A DNA stretch of 64,000 bases from an uncultured virus (IMG/VR IMGVR_UViG_2061766007_000865) (taxonomy: Duplodnaviria; Heunggongvirae; Uroviricota; Caudoviricetes). Shown here piece by piece: positions 35,796 to 48,200 of this stretch. How positions within the stretch are numbered: position 1 is the first letter of the stretch; each line of letters starts with the position of its first letter. Under the pieces are notes generated by a model. It searched no databases. It was not told the DNA's origin and saw only the letters and a program-made list of their open reading frames with translations. The stretch is taken from IMG/VR virus record IMGVR_UViG_2061766007_000865; one strand, given 5' to 3'. The position numbers were made by a program, and so were the translations under genes.

Positions 35796-36026
35796 TATTC
35801 TCATTATATTTTTCATAGTTCTTAATTTTCCTCTATACTCTTTTATTGGTTTTCCATCCCTTTCTTCTATCCTTGTTTCCTACGTTTCCCCATGAGAATT
35901 CTCAGCAGAACATGCACTAAGGATATACTTAGAACACGCCAAAGAAATACTAGTGTTGATACGTGATATACACTACTGATTTTCAACTAGTTACAATGGT
36001 TTTACATGAAGATTTCGAGTAATTGT

Positions 36027-39000
36027 TTATCTTTGCGGTACGTTAGGTTGTGATTCTTCTTTTGTATTTATTTTTCCTATAATATTTTTAATTGCCTTAG
36101 TTGTAGCGTCTAGAGTCATGCATCCGTATTTTTTAAGATAGTTTTCAGCATTAAGTTTGATATTAGCAGCTTCATTTTCCTCGCATTTATATTTTTCCAT
36201 TATTGTTGTAATGGGGTTAAGCAAGTCTCCTAGCAGAAGTGATATATTATTATAGTTTTTAAGTATTGAGAGCAATCTATTTTTATCATTTTGTTTCATT
36301 CAAGTAATGTATTAAATTGTTTAAGTAGGTACATAAGATATTGATATGAGAAATAGTGAGTTAATAATCTTTTTTTTCTTTTTTGTCCTAGGAATATTTC
36401 ATTTATTTTTTGTTTAATGATATTTTTATCTTTTGTTATTAACAGATTTATGTGTGTATCATCTATTGTTTCTATGAATGTTTTATTATTTTTCTCCAAG
36501 TCATCTATGGTGAATGAGAGGTATTGTGGAAGATGGTGTTGAAGGAAGGAGTTCATTTCGTGGTACACTACTAGGTACATTGATTTTTCTATGTGGTTGA
36601 CTTTACATATTCTGATTTCTTTTATAGATGGTGTAAAGTCTCTATGGTAAAGTAGTAGGTAGAAGTTTTCTCCTTGTTTGAGTGTATGTTGGTTAATTAT
36701 CATTTCAGTTTTCTTATTTTTTGTTTAAAGAGGTTGAGTTCTTGTAGTGTCATTATATTGGTATTATTATTTCTAGGTCTTCTTTATTATTTGCTTTTGT
36801 ATAATGTGTCATGAATTTTCTATAGAGTTTGGTTTGGTTTGTTTTTGTGTTGAATGTAGTTCTTTTAAGGAGTTTAGTTAGTGTTTGGAATGAGTCACAG
36901 AAGAAGTTTTCTGTAGATGCTGCACGATAGTCATCGGCGGCAAAGGTTGTAACGAATGGACTTTGTTTATTTGNNNNNNNNNNNNNNNNNNNNNNNNNNN
37001 NNNNNNNNNNNNNATTGATTCTAGAGTACAGTATTTCGTACTCTTGTGATGATGTATTTAGTTTACGTACATGTTGGACGTAGACTTTTCTGAAGATGAA
37101 TTTATAGAAGTTAGGGTTATTAAAATGTCTTATGCCCAAGTAGTAGAGCGTTATTCCCTTTTTCAGTGTTTCTTCGTTTATTGGTTCAGAGGTTCCAGTC
37201 ATAGTCTATTTTAAGTATTTCTATTAATTTATCTTTGACTATATTTTCTTGAAGGTTATCTATGAAGTTTGTTTTAATTAGTTTTGTAATGAAGAATTTT
37301 TCCTTCTCGAAGTCATAGTATCCTTTTGCCACAGTTTTTTTCTTATAGGTGAGTCTACAGAATATTTTATTGCCNNNNNNNNNNNNNNNNNNNNNNNNNN
37401 NNNNTTATTCATTATTATTATTCGAGTGGTTCTAGTGCTAGGTTAAGTTCTTCATTGATATTGATTGTTTTCCCTATGGTATATGTTTTAGTTTCGTGTT
37501 CGCATGGTTTGACATTATTTTGTTTTGTTAGTTTTTTGATTTGTTTTATTTGCTCTTCCGTAGCGTTTTGTATGTCTGTGTGGTGTATATTAAATCGTTT
37601 TCCGTTAGTTACGTCTACCACGCAGTGAGAGCCATCCTCGTACATATACTCATAGATGGCTAAGAATTGTGTTCCGTTCCATTTCTTGCAGTTGACGGAA
37701 TCTCCTTTTGTAAAAATGTTATTCATCANNNNNNNNNNNNNNNNNNNNNNNNNNNNNNNNNNNNNNNNNNACAAAGATATGCAAAAAAGTTGAGATAACC
37801 AAATATTATCCCAACTTTTTAACATTTATTGTTTAAGGGCGATGAGTTTAACCTTATCGCCATCTTTGAATCCCATTTTCTTTAAGTCTCCATAAGTATA
37901 GATTTCCAGATGTGTTGAGCTGCATATTGCATGTGGGTCATCCTCAAGCTCAAGGATTTCAGCATCAATGGTTTGTGATGGAAAGTTTTTATCGAACTCT
38001 ATGGCATCCTTACATTTCACACGGATGTTGTTAAGAAAGTCATTGGCACGTTCATCATTGAATATTGCGTATTTCTCGCACATTTCCATGATGGACTCCA
38101 CGGTTGTTTTAAATGGGTTATAAGATTCTTTCATTGTTTTATGAGTTTATTTGTTTTTCTATTAAATGTAACGTTATTTCTTTTAAGAGAGCTGTTAATC
38201 CATTGCATTTCCTCAAGGGTTGGATTGCGGATGATATCACCACTAGCGAAAGAGAAATAATATCTGCCAATTGGTTGACTAAATAGGTCATACATCCAAG
38301 TGTTATTGCTACTACTAAAGCAAGCGAGTTTCCTATATACTAAGGATTTAAAATCGATATATTCCCATAAGGTAATCCAAAGAGTGTCATTAAGTTCTAT
38401 GATTTGGATTGGGAAGTGTTTTAATCCTTCGAAATTATCTAGGGCATTAATCTTCAGCTTTCCAGAAGAATCCTTAGTTATCTTTATTGAAGTATCATTC
38501 ATGGATGAATTTCACTTGATTAAGAATTGGTATGAATTTGAATTTGTGCCTTTGCATGAGTCTTTTAACGAGTTGGTATTGTTCATGCGTTGGGTAATAG
38601 AGATTAAGACCATAGTTGAGAGCGCTCCCCCAACACCTTCCATTAGTTGTATTGATAATATAGAGAGAGTTACTATTCAAGTGGTAGGAAAAATGACGAT
38701 ATATTATCAAGTCGTTATCTCTTTTTTCTACTGAGCTTATGAGTATAAGCCAACGTCCACCGTTACGAGTCTCACCATATACTAGTACGCCTTTTGTATT
38801 TTCTGTTATGTTAAATGGTTTCATGGTTCGTCAGTTGTGTTATTAAATTCTTCGCCAAATGACATTGATTCCTCAAGAATGAACTCCAAGTTCAGTTTAT
38901 CTTCGTTCAGTGTTGCACGGAATCCTCCAGTTTCTGCCATATAGTAATCCTCTTCGCCATAGTATGCTGCACATGTTTGTAGGAGGTCTTCTCCCACTTT

Positions 39001-39581
39001 AATCAATTGGTATAGGGTTGGGACTTCTTCTTTTCCACGACCGTTTACCCATTTCCATCCGATGTGTGCCATGACGTTACGCACTTTCATGAAATCGAAG
39101 TCATTCATGACTTGTGCTATCATTTTCTTAATTAATTTCTCTTTTTCCATATTGTTCTAGCTTTGGTGTAATATATTTTTTCATACCAATCATCATACTA
39201 TTCGTTTTTTAGAATTATTACTTTAATTTTATCACCAATGTCATATCCGTTTATTCTCTCATGTATGGCTGGTATTCTTGCCTTGTCTGGGTCTTTACCG
39301 TAAGTCCAATCATTAACGACTATGGTATTGATGGCTTTATTTATCAGTTTATTTAACAGCCAATTAGCACCAGCTTTGAAAGCTTGTCTTTTACCATATA
39401 CCGATGAACCCTCGTCAACCTCTGGAGCATGACCTATGTAAGCATTAATAGCTTTTTCCAAATCTTCAAACAACTTGTCAATCTCATTCTCACACTCTTT
39501 GGCTATGGTGTCTGCTATTATCTTCAGCTCTCGTTCTGAAAGGAAGTTATCATTGTTTGTAGTATACATTTCACTCATAAT
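36027..39581 (-). CDS. hypothetical genes 36027..36299, 36296..36703, 36753..37202, 37418..37726, 37826..38134, 38131..38502, 38495..38824, 38821..39150, 39198..~39580
   Basis: Packed ORFs with ATGA overlaps. Confidence 0.65.
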
Positions 39582-39725
39582 TCTCCTGTTTTTATAATGA
39601 ATAATGGTAGAGAACATTAGTACCGCTGTAGCATACTCGTTCACCTTATTGCAAAGATATTAAAAATAATGGGAACTACCAAATATTTATTGTTAAAATA
39701 TAATAAAACATTTGAGGTTTTTTTT

Positions 39726-40880
39726 ATGAAGAAGGTACATATAAAGGAAAGTAAGTTAAACGAGATGCGTAGCATGAAATACTATCAAGCTGGAACTGAC
39801 CATCCATACTATGAGAATGAGGAAACTGGAGAAGTATATTCTGCTGATTGGAGTAGCGATTATGGTTTCCCATTTGGTTTCTGGCCTATAGACTATAATG
39901 GCACTATGGGGTTTGAAATTGGTGATGATTACTCCACACATGTTGTCCCTTGCGGTAAATGTGCAGAGCAGTATTTCAATGATTCAATTAGTGAGCAGAT
40001 AGATGATGAGGCTTATCAGCTTTCAGATGCTATGGAAGGTTTCGTATCTAACTTCCAAGAATACGGATACCAATACAATGAAGAAGATGATGTGTGGGTA
40101 TCGGAATATGACTCAAAAGACTTGTATGATTTCATAGAGGAAATAAGAGACCAAGTTAGTGGACCAGTTGACATCTATGAATATGTTAGGGAGTTCGTAG
40201 AGAATGTTACCCAAGGCAACACAAACGTCCCAAGTAGCAGTGAGATATATGAATATTTAAGCAATAATCTTGCAGGGGGTTATGATTTCAGTGATAGAGA
40301 CGGAATCGATGAAGCAATGCGACAAATTGGAATGGATTTCGATGAGTATTTTGAGAGTGGTGAACTTGAAGGTAGGATATGGCCAGATAAGAGGATGATT
40401 GGTTTCTATGAATCAGAGCAGCCTATTCCAATGAAGCTGATGGAAGTATTACACCTTCTTCAAGAGAAGAGTGGAATCAAGGTTAGTGATGTCTTAGGAT
40501 ATAACATGGTGTTTGAGGACTGGAGGAATGATGGGACTGTCACAGCTTGCACTGTACAAGATTACATCACTGGCAACTACGGACCAAGCGAAGACGATGA
40601 GGATGAAGAAGATGGATATGGCGAAGAAAGGCAAGTCCAATACAACAATGGTGAGAAGACTGTGTTTGTTCCCCATCTAGCCAATCAGCAAGACAAGTTC
40701 AACTATTATAAGAATTTCAGAAACACAAGGGATAGGGCTGTATATACGCCTCAAGAGCATGCTGCTGGTAACTTGGCAGCTTATCATGCAATGCGTTATC
40801 CGTATGGCGAATCTGAGAATAAGATTGGTAGGATATTAAGGGAGGTTATTGAGGATATGATTAAAAGGGAAGGCAAATAG
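39726..40880 (+). CDS. acidic hypothetical protein, possibly late or virion-packaged
   Basis: 384 aa, D/E/Y-rich; lone + strand gene followed by a hairpin and T run. Confidence 0.75.
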   Translation: MKKVHIKESKLNEMRSMKYYQAGTDHPYYENEETGEVYSADWSSDYGFPFGFWPIDYNGTMGFEIGDDYSTHVVPCGKCAEQYFNDSISEQIDDEAYQLSDAMEGFVSNFQEYGYQYNEEDDVWVSEYDSKDLYDFIEEIRDQVSGPVDIYEYVREFVENVTQGNTNVPSSSEIYEYLSNNLAGGYDFSDRDGIDEAMRQIGMDFDEYFESGELEGRIWPDKRMIGFYESEQPIPMKLMEVLHLLQEKSGIKVSDVLGYNMVFEDWRNDGTVTACTVQDYITGNYGPSEDDEDEEDGYGEERQVQYNNGEKTVFVPHLANQQDKFNYYKNFRNTRDRAVYTPQEHAAGNLAAYHAMRYPYGESENKIGRILREVIEDMIKREGK

Positions 40881-42878
40881 TCTCCCCTTTTTTGTTATTG
40901 TATTTTTTTTTCTTAAATGTATTTTCTTCAATGCTTATTGTTCAAAAACTAAAACCTTAACTATATCGCCTTCCTTTGCAAGCGGTCTATTCTCTTCGTA
41001 ATTCCATAACTCTATATTAGAGATGTATGGGCATCCACTTTCATCGTTTTTAACGAGTGCATTCGTTGCTTTACTTTCAGCATGAAGTATTCCTATGCAG
41101 AAACCTAACGCAAAAAGCAAACAATACAATAAAACTAATACTATTATTATCATAACTATTCCTCAATCTAACCGTTAAATTTGCCATCCCACTTGTCTAA
41201 ATTGTGAAACTTAGCATATTCATCACTTCTATCCATCGTATGCCCAATTTGTTTATGTGCAAGTTGTAAATCCTCCCACAACTGTTCAATAACCAGAGTA
41301 AGGTCTATATCATCATCTTCTATATTAGCAAGTATTTCTTCGACTTGCTTAATTCTTTGGTTTAGATACCTATTAATAAGATGGTGACGTTTTGTAATAC
41401 TATCTTCTTCATGTATCTGTTTAAGCAATCTTTCAGTCCACAGTTGCTCATACTTACCATTAATTTTTGCCATATACTATTCTCCTTTCATATAGTTTTT
41501 AAATTGTTCATAATATAGACGTGACTTATCTTGTTGATTTGAAGATAATAAATTATCCTCAATAAACTCCCAAGCCTTCTCGATAAAGGTATCTTTAGAG
41601 TTTATCTCTTTCGCTTCCAGTGTGTCGAGGAAAGAAAGTAATTCATNNNNNNNNNNNNNNNNNNNNNNNNNNNNNNNNNNNNNNNNNNNNNNNNNTATAC
41701 TTTGCCATAATCAATAGTTCTTTAATCAGTCATCGGAAAATCCTTTGCCTTCATCATTCTATCCCTGAGTTTGGCATCGTATTCCTTTTGTTTCCTTTCA
41801 ATGCGTTTATCTATCTCTGCAACCTCTTCCCTGCTATGAACCGAGAAGAAGTCCACTACTTTCTTGTTGTTCATACGCTCAGTCCTCCTTAACTTCAAGG
41901 GTGTCAAGTTTGCCTTTCAGTGCATATAAAGCACCGTTATTACCATCACGAAAAGCACAATCACACTCTTCGTGGTATCTACCTTTATCTAAAAGGCTCT
42001 CTATCTCCGCCAATACAGCATCTAACGGTATATACTTTGCCATAACTTATTCTTCTATTACCAATTCAAATGCAACCATACCTTGACCATCACAACAAAT
42101 AGGACGGAAATCCTCAAGNNNNNNNNNNNNNNNNNNNNNNNNNNNNNNNCAATGCGGTCAACGTCTGCCCAAGAGGGTGTTTTTTCAATAATATCATTAA
42201 TTCTATCTCTTAATTCTATTAGTTTCATACCTTACTCTCCTTTCATATAGTTTATAAAATTATCAATTGCCGTTTCAAAATTAATACTAACTACCCCTCC
42301 TGCTAAGACTGAAACATCTTTAATGAATTGGTTTTTTAAATAGTTTTCTACCTTCTCAATAAAGGCATCAGTACGGATATACTCAGTACAAGTTGGATAA
42401 TCTTGTCGTTTTGTGTCAACAGTTGTACTAATGTTTCCCCCAATAGCATTGGAATCAACAAAAATCTTCTCTGGTGCTTCGTTTGGTTTCATAACTTTAT
42501 TCTTTTATGATGGCTAACATTGATAATAAATGCAGAAATACTCGTCATCCTTATATGTCGGTAAGAGCAAGAATCCGCTGTAATCGTCACCCATCATGCC
42601 ACACGTTTGCCAACATCCGTAATTGTCAGAGGGTTGCCACGTTGCCGTCTTTTTTTCGTTTTTTGGCGTCATGAAGTCAAGCAATATCTCTTGCTTTGCA
42701 TTGATGCGCTTAGTCACCTTGACGTAACCTTCAAACCTATTGAGGTCGTTGTAGGCTACAGCTTCAATGATTCGCTGCTTGTCGCCTACTGCCTTGTCGG
42801 TGATGTACTGCCAGAACTCGGTCCAGAACTTGTTTTCAGCACGTAGTTCTTCTATCGTATAATCTTTCAGTTCCATAC

Positions 42879-44844
42879 TCATTCCTCCCTAAGTTTCCTT
42901 AAGTTTTGCCTTAAATTATCTAATCTAAGCTCTGTTTCATAGTCTCTTTCTGAACAGATAGCAATAGCATCATCAAGTGCCTCCATCTGTTCATCACTCG
43001 GCTTCCATTGTGACTGAAGTCGTAGCTTTTTGTAGAGAGATTCAAGCCATTCTATANNNNNNNNNNNNNNNNNNNNNNNNNNCATCTTTTTCGAAATACT
43101 TTTTTGCACTTTTAAGATAGAAAATAGAATCTCTTATACTTCTTTCGTCTTCTTCACTCCACTCTTGCTCTGGCTGTACTCTTTCTTTGAGGAATTTGAG
43201 CCTATTTTTGAGCCATCCAGCAGTTTCATTATAACCATATAGTTCACAAACATTAATTGCATCAATTAGCCAATTTTCATCCTCTTCACTCCAAGCATTG
43301 TTTTGTATAGTATTTATAAGTTCTTGTATATGAGCATCAACATATTCTATTATATCTCCGTTGGTTGGTACACCTTCTTTAATGTACCTAAATTTTTGAA
43401 ATAATTCTAATAGTTTGTCTTTAAATGCAGATGACTCAATATTATCAGCATGCTTTTGTTCACCTTGCTCAAAGCATTTGGCAACAGCAATATCCATAGC
43501 CTCTTGTGGAGTTAAGTCATCAATAGATTTTTGCTCAATGGCGCAAGATACATAAGTCTTAAAATCTTCCCACCAAGAATTTTTATCACAATCAGTAAGC
43601 TTATATNNNNNNNNNNNNNNNNNTCTAACGCTTTAATGAACATTTCTTTAGCATTATTATCGTTTGTAAATACTCTACCTTTTACATGACCATCTACAAG
43701 AATTTCAACGCCGCCATCTCTTGCACACATACCCCAAGTATGTCCATTGTATTCAAATGATGTACCACTATAAGGATTAGGCTTCTGCTCTGTTTCTCTT
43801 AGTTCTCCATTCTCGCAATTAATACAACCCTTACGATTAATACATCCATCACAAGGATTAGGCTTCTGCTCACCTTGCTTTTCTTTAAGTTCACTATCCT
43901 TTGCACTAAATGGAATTTCGACATCAAGAGCAGGCTTCTTCTCGCCTTGCTTTTTAAGCCAATCTATACACTCTACGGCATTCTCATAACCTTGTTTTGC
44001 GAAATCTTTAAGAAAAGCAATAGTAGTCTTTCTTAATCTTTCATCATCTTTATTGCTCATACTATTTATATGTTTTTTTTAAAACTTTTTGTGTATATTT
44101 AACCTTATATTCTCCAAGTTCTTTTATGAGTTTGTCTTTCTCACCTTGTTTTTCAAGCCAAGCAAGAATATTATCAGTTGGTATTCCATTAAATGTTTCA
44201 GCCCCAATAGTGCCTACTTCTTTATAACCTTTGAAATATCCGACCAATACCTTCCTTATCTTCTCGTCCTCGCTTTCATTAAGCTTAGGTTCAGCATTAT
44301 CAACAGGTTTCTGTTCATTAAAACATTTTTCAACGGCAATATCCATTGCTTCTTGCGGAGTTAGGTTATCTATTGATTTTTGCTTGCCTTGCTTTTCAAT
44401 ATACTTACAGTAATATCTGTGCAGTCTATCCCACATGGCATTATGGAAAGCGTTTTCTATATCTTCACACTCTCCATTTGACACACACATCTTACCTTCG
44501 TATTGATGTGCATCAAGATAGTTAATAAATGACATGGCACAGCTTGTAAGTACACCTTTAGCAAATCTGTTTTGTTCTTCTTCACTTAACTTTGCTGGTG
44601 TACCTTGCTTTTCGAGCCAAGCACGAACCTCTCTATTACTAAATTCATTGAGTAATTGACCATCGGAATTCCACCTGAAATAATCAGTTAGTGCTTTCCT
44701 TATCCTATCATCCTCACTTTCTTTAAATTCAGGGAAGATTTCATCAATAACTCTATTAGCAAAAGTAGGTATTTTATCAACGTTTGGGGTATTGCGCCAT
44801 TTCTCANNNNNNNNNNNNNNNNNNNNNNNNNNNNNNNNNNNCAT
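42879..44844 (-). CDS. repeat-modular protein (ESED.RIRK...WLEKQG and WSEEDE units), fragmented by gaps and one frameshift
   Basis: Four ORF-track pieces share motifs and join across N gaps; SID(N/D)LTPQEAMDIAV occurs twice. Confidence 0.65.
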
Positions 44845-45009
44845 AATTCAAAACTTTATTTCTTTGTAATTTTCTTCTCCGCACCTTGGGCAAACATAAG
44901 ACCATCCCATTGATTCTTTATCTTCCCACTGATACAAATCTTCAACTTTACTATCGTGCAAATGAGCACCACAATGCTGACATATAAAATATCCCATAAT
45001 CACAACATT

Positions 45010-45240
45010 TTACGTTCTTTGATTCCAATTCTTAATTGCAACTTCTTCAAGCCATTCTATTGTATGCCCATGATTATTAAGAATTGCGTCTGTTCTTTCT
45101 ATACGGCATTTGGGGCATTTAACAACAATCTTTTGTGATTTGGTGTATTCGTTGCCAACCCTATGCCATATCGGTTTCTCCCCACAGAACGGACAAGGTA
45201 ATAACTTACTATTTGTACTTTCGTAATTTTGTACTTCCAT
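45010..45240 (-). CDS. Lar-like restriction alleviation Zn-finger protein
   Basis: LLPCPFCG..CPKC..AIKNWNQR. Confidence 0.75.
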   Translation of the reverse strand: MEVQNYESTNSKLLPCPFCGEKPIWHRVGNEYTKSQKIVVKCPKCRIERTDAILNNHGHTIEWLEEVAIKNWNQRT

Positions 45241-45242
45241 AA

Positions 45243-48200
45243 TCACAACAAATTTAATTCGTTCAATTTCTCAATCATAGCCACGCAAGCGTCAACAGGG
45301 TTGTCTGCTGATGTAACACAATTATTCAAGCCATTGGTTTCATCTTCATAGTCAACAAACCAACTATTTGTGTATTCAAGAGTTGATATTCTATAACCGC
45401 CTTTTGAAAGATTCGTACTTATGTTTTCGTTATTAGGTAAAACACTAAGCAAACTTGCAAGGCTCCAGCAAGAAAGCCCCATTCCACTATATTTATCATC
45501 TTTGAAATGAACCTTTTTGTTAGGCCATTCATAATACATATCAGCACTTTCAAACGGTAAGAACTTTGCTAACTTCTTTGATTGTTCTAAATCTGTATAA
45601 CTTTTCATAACCAATTATTTTCTTTTAACCAACAAATCATTTGGAATGCAGCATCAATTAAATTTTCTTTTTCTCCTGTATTAATCATATCATGCCAAGA
45701 ACCACTTAAACCTCGGTTATTACCATAGGCAATTTGATAGAGTGTAGTATCATCACCTCCATCATGTTTGCGGATATCAATTTGGTAATGACATTCAAAC
45801 CTATTATCAGTAATAATCTCATTAGGTAATAGATTAAGCAATGCTGCAAGACTCCAACAAGGACAAAATATTCGTTTGTCATCAAAAGCAATATATTTAC
45901 CTCTTACTTTAGGTGTATCTCCATATTCCCATTCTTTAGGATTAATTATGCTTTGATGTCCTATAAAGTACATATCTGCACTTTCAAGCGGAAGTATCTC
46001 TGCCAACTTCTTTGACTGAGAAATGTCAGTAAATGATTTAATTGTTACCATAGTTATACTTGCTTTAATATTCCATTATCATTCTTACAAGGACATTCAT
46101 CAAGTATACATTTTCCATTATTTAGAAAATATTCACAATCCTTACAAATTTTATCATTAGTTTTGGCAGGAATTTCTATGTAATCTATTCCATTTAAATT
46201 TATTATATTTGCCATAATTAATTCTTATTTTGTATTATACATTCCTTCAGGTGCTTCAAGTGCAAGACCAAGTTGAATCATTGTTTTCCACTTTCCATCC
46301 TTATCTTTTATTGCACGATGGTCAACATGAATCGAATCAAGATATCTTGTAACACAACTGCAAAAAGTNNNNNNNNNNAATTAAAGAATGATATTCTTTC
46401 ATTTCTTCCTCAGTCATACTTGACATTGGACGGAGATATGGTTTAACTCTTTCAGGTTCAAAAGCAAATACAAAACAATATGGTTTCCTACCGTTTCCAT
46501 TTTTGGTGTTTATGTGAGACAATTCAATGGGTGTTTTATAATCTGCAACTTGAACTTTTACTCCATAAGGCAACCTTGCACAAAGGTCTACCAGTAATAG
46601 TTGTTTTTCTGCAATTGACAGTTCTTTCATAATGCATGTTCTTTAATTAATTGTTTCTTTTCTTCTTCGGTGTAGTCAGAGTCGTCAAGTCTATTGACCA
46701 TCCCATCCCATATTTCTCCAGTAACATCAAGTGTTGCAGAGTTCCAATAAGAACCAATTCCAAACCATCCACCTTGTTTTGTTCTTACATACACGCCAAG
46801 CTCATCATTTTCTCCCTTATATGTTATAATGAATTTATCACTATGTGTGGAATATAACCAGTAATGACCTTTTACGGCTTCACGATATAGCTCAAACTCA
46901 TTAGGATATTTTTTCCTAAACTGTTGATGCCCAAGAACTTCATCAACTTGAATAACAAAATGACGTGAAAATGTTATCTTCCCATCATCAAAGCAATGAT
47001 ACTTTTTTCCTACTTCAGGAATAGGTTCCAGATGCTTTTTATGACTATATAATACAGTTCTTGTTGGTAAGGGATATTTATTTTTCTTCATAATCACAGC
47101 ATTTTAAGTTCATTGAGTTTAATAATTCTCTAATTACGTAATAGTTCTATTTCAGAAGGACAAAGAGCATAAGGTATATTTTCACATGAATGTCCTTTTT
47201 CACATACAAGTTTACCATAATAACTCCCATCATCATCTTTGCATACAATAAGGTCATACCCATAACAATTATGCACAATGTCACCAACTTTTAACGCCTT
47301 TCCATTTTTATCTTTCATAATCACAACTTTTTAAGTTCGTGTAATTTCTCAATCATAGCAACACAAGCATCAACAGGATTATCATAACATTCGGTAGTTA
47401 AATTATTTGGGAAATTATAGCACCAATAGGCTATAATATCTTTATTTTCATTTGAACTACTTTTGCATAAATCAGTATGTTTAGGAATGACATCAAGCAA
47501 TGCTGCAAGACTCCAACAATAAAGCCAATGCTTTTTTTCATAATTAAGAATTATTTTCCTATTTTCTGCTTGATAATATTTTTGTCTACCATCATCACAA
47601 GATACCCAAGACATATCCNNNNNNNNNNNNNNNNNNNNNNNNNNCTGCTGTAAGTCTGTAAATGATTTAATTACTGCCATAGTTATTCCTCCTTTAATTT
47701 ATCAATTAACGCATTAGTTATATGTGTCTCATATTTTTCCAAGTCACAGTTGTCAGTTATTAGATTCCTATGAGAACATCCCCATTTGTCACATTGAGAG
47801 CATCTTGTTTTAGATTGCTCGTTACTTGTTTTTTGTTTATNNNNNNNNNNNNNNNNGGAATATAATCTACACCAACTTTTATCACAGACATCTTCAAATA
47901 TACACTTTCCCATAATCACAACAAATTTAATTCGTGTAATTTCTCAATCATAGCAACACAAGCATCAACTGGATTATCATAAGCATCAGTAGTATAAACA
48001 TGACTATCAACTATCCATTTATTTATAGCCACATTATATGACAATCTAGGTTTGGCTTTTTGATAACCCTTTCTTTCAAGTATAGGTAGAATGCTAATCA
48101 ACGCAGCAAGAGACCAACAAGGAACTATATTATATCCACAATCAGGTTCCTCATATCCATCTTTAACAAATGGAACTCTTCCAACCATTGAGTTGTCTTC

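Noticed and set aside
43512..43606. Apparent frameshift pseudogenes next to N runs (also ~46337, ~60022, ~43042)
   Set aside because: Reading frames resume after the gaps; the gap lengths are estimates.
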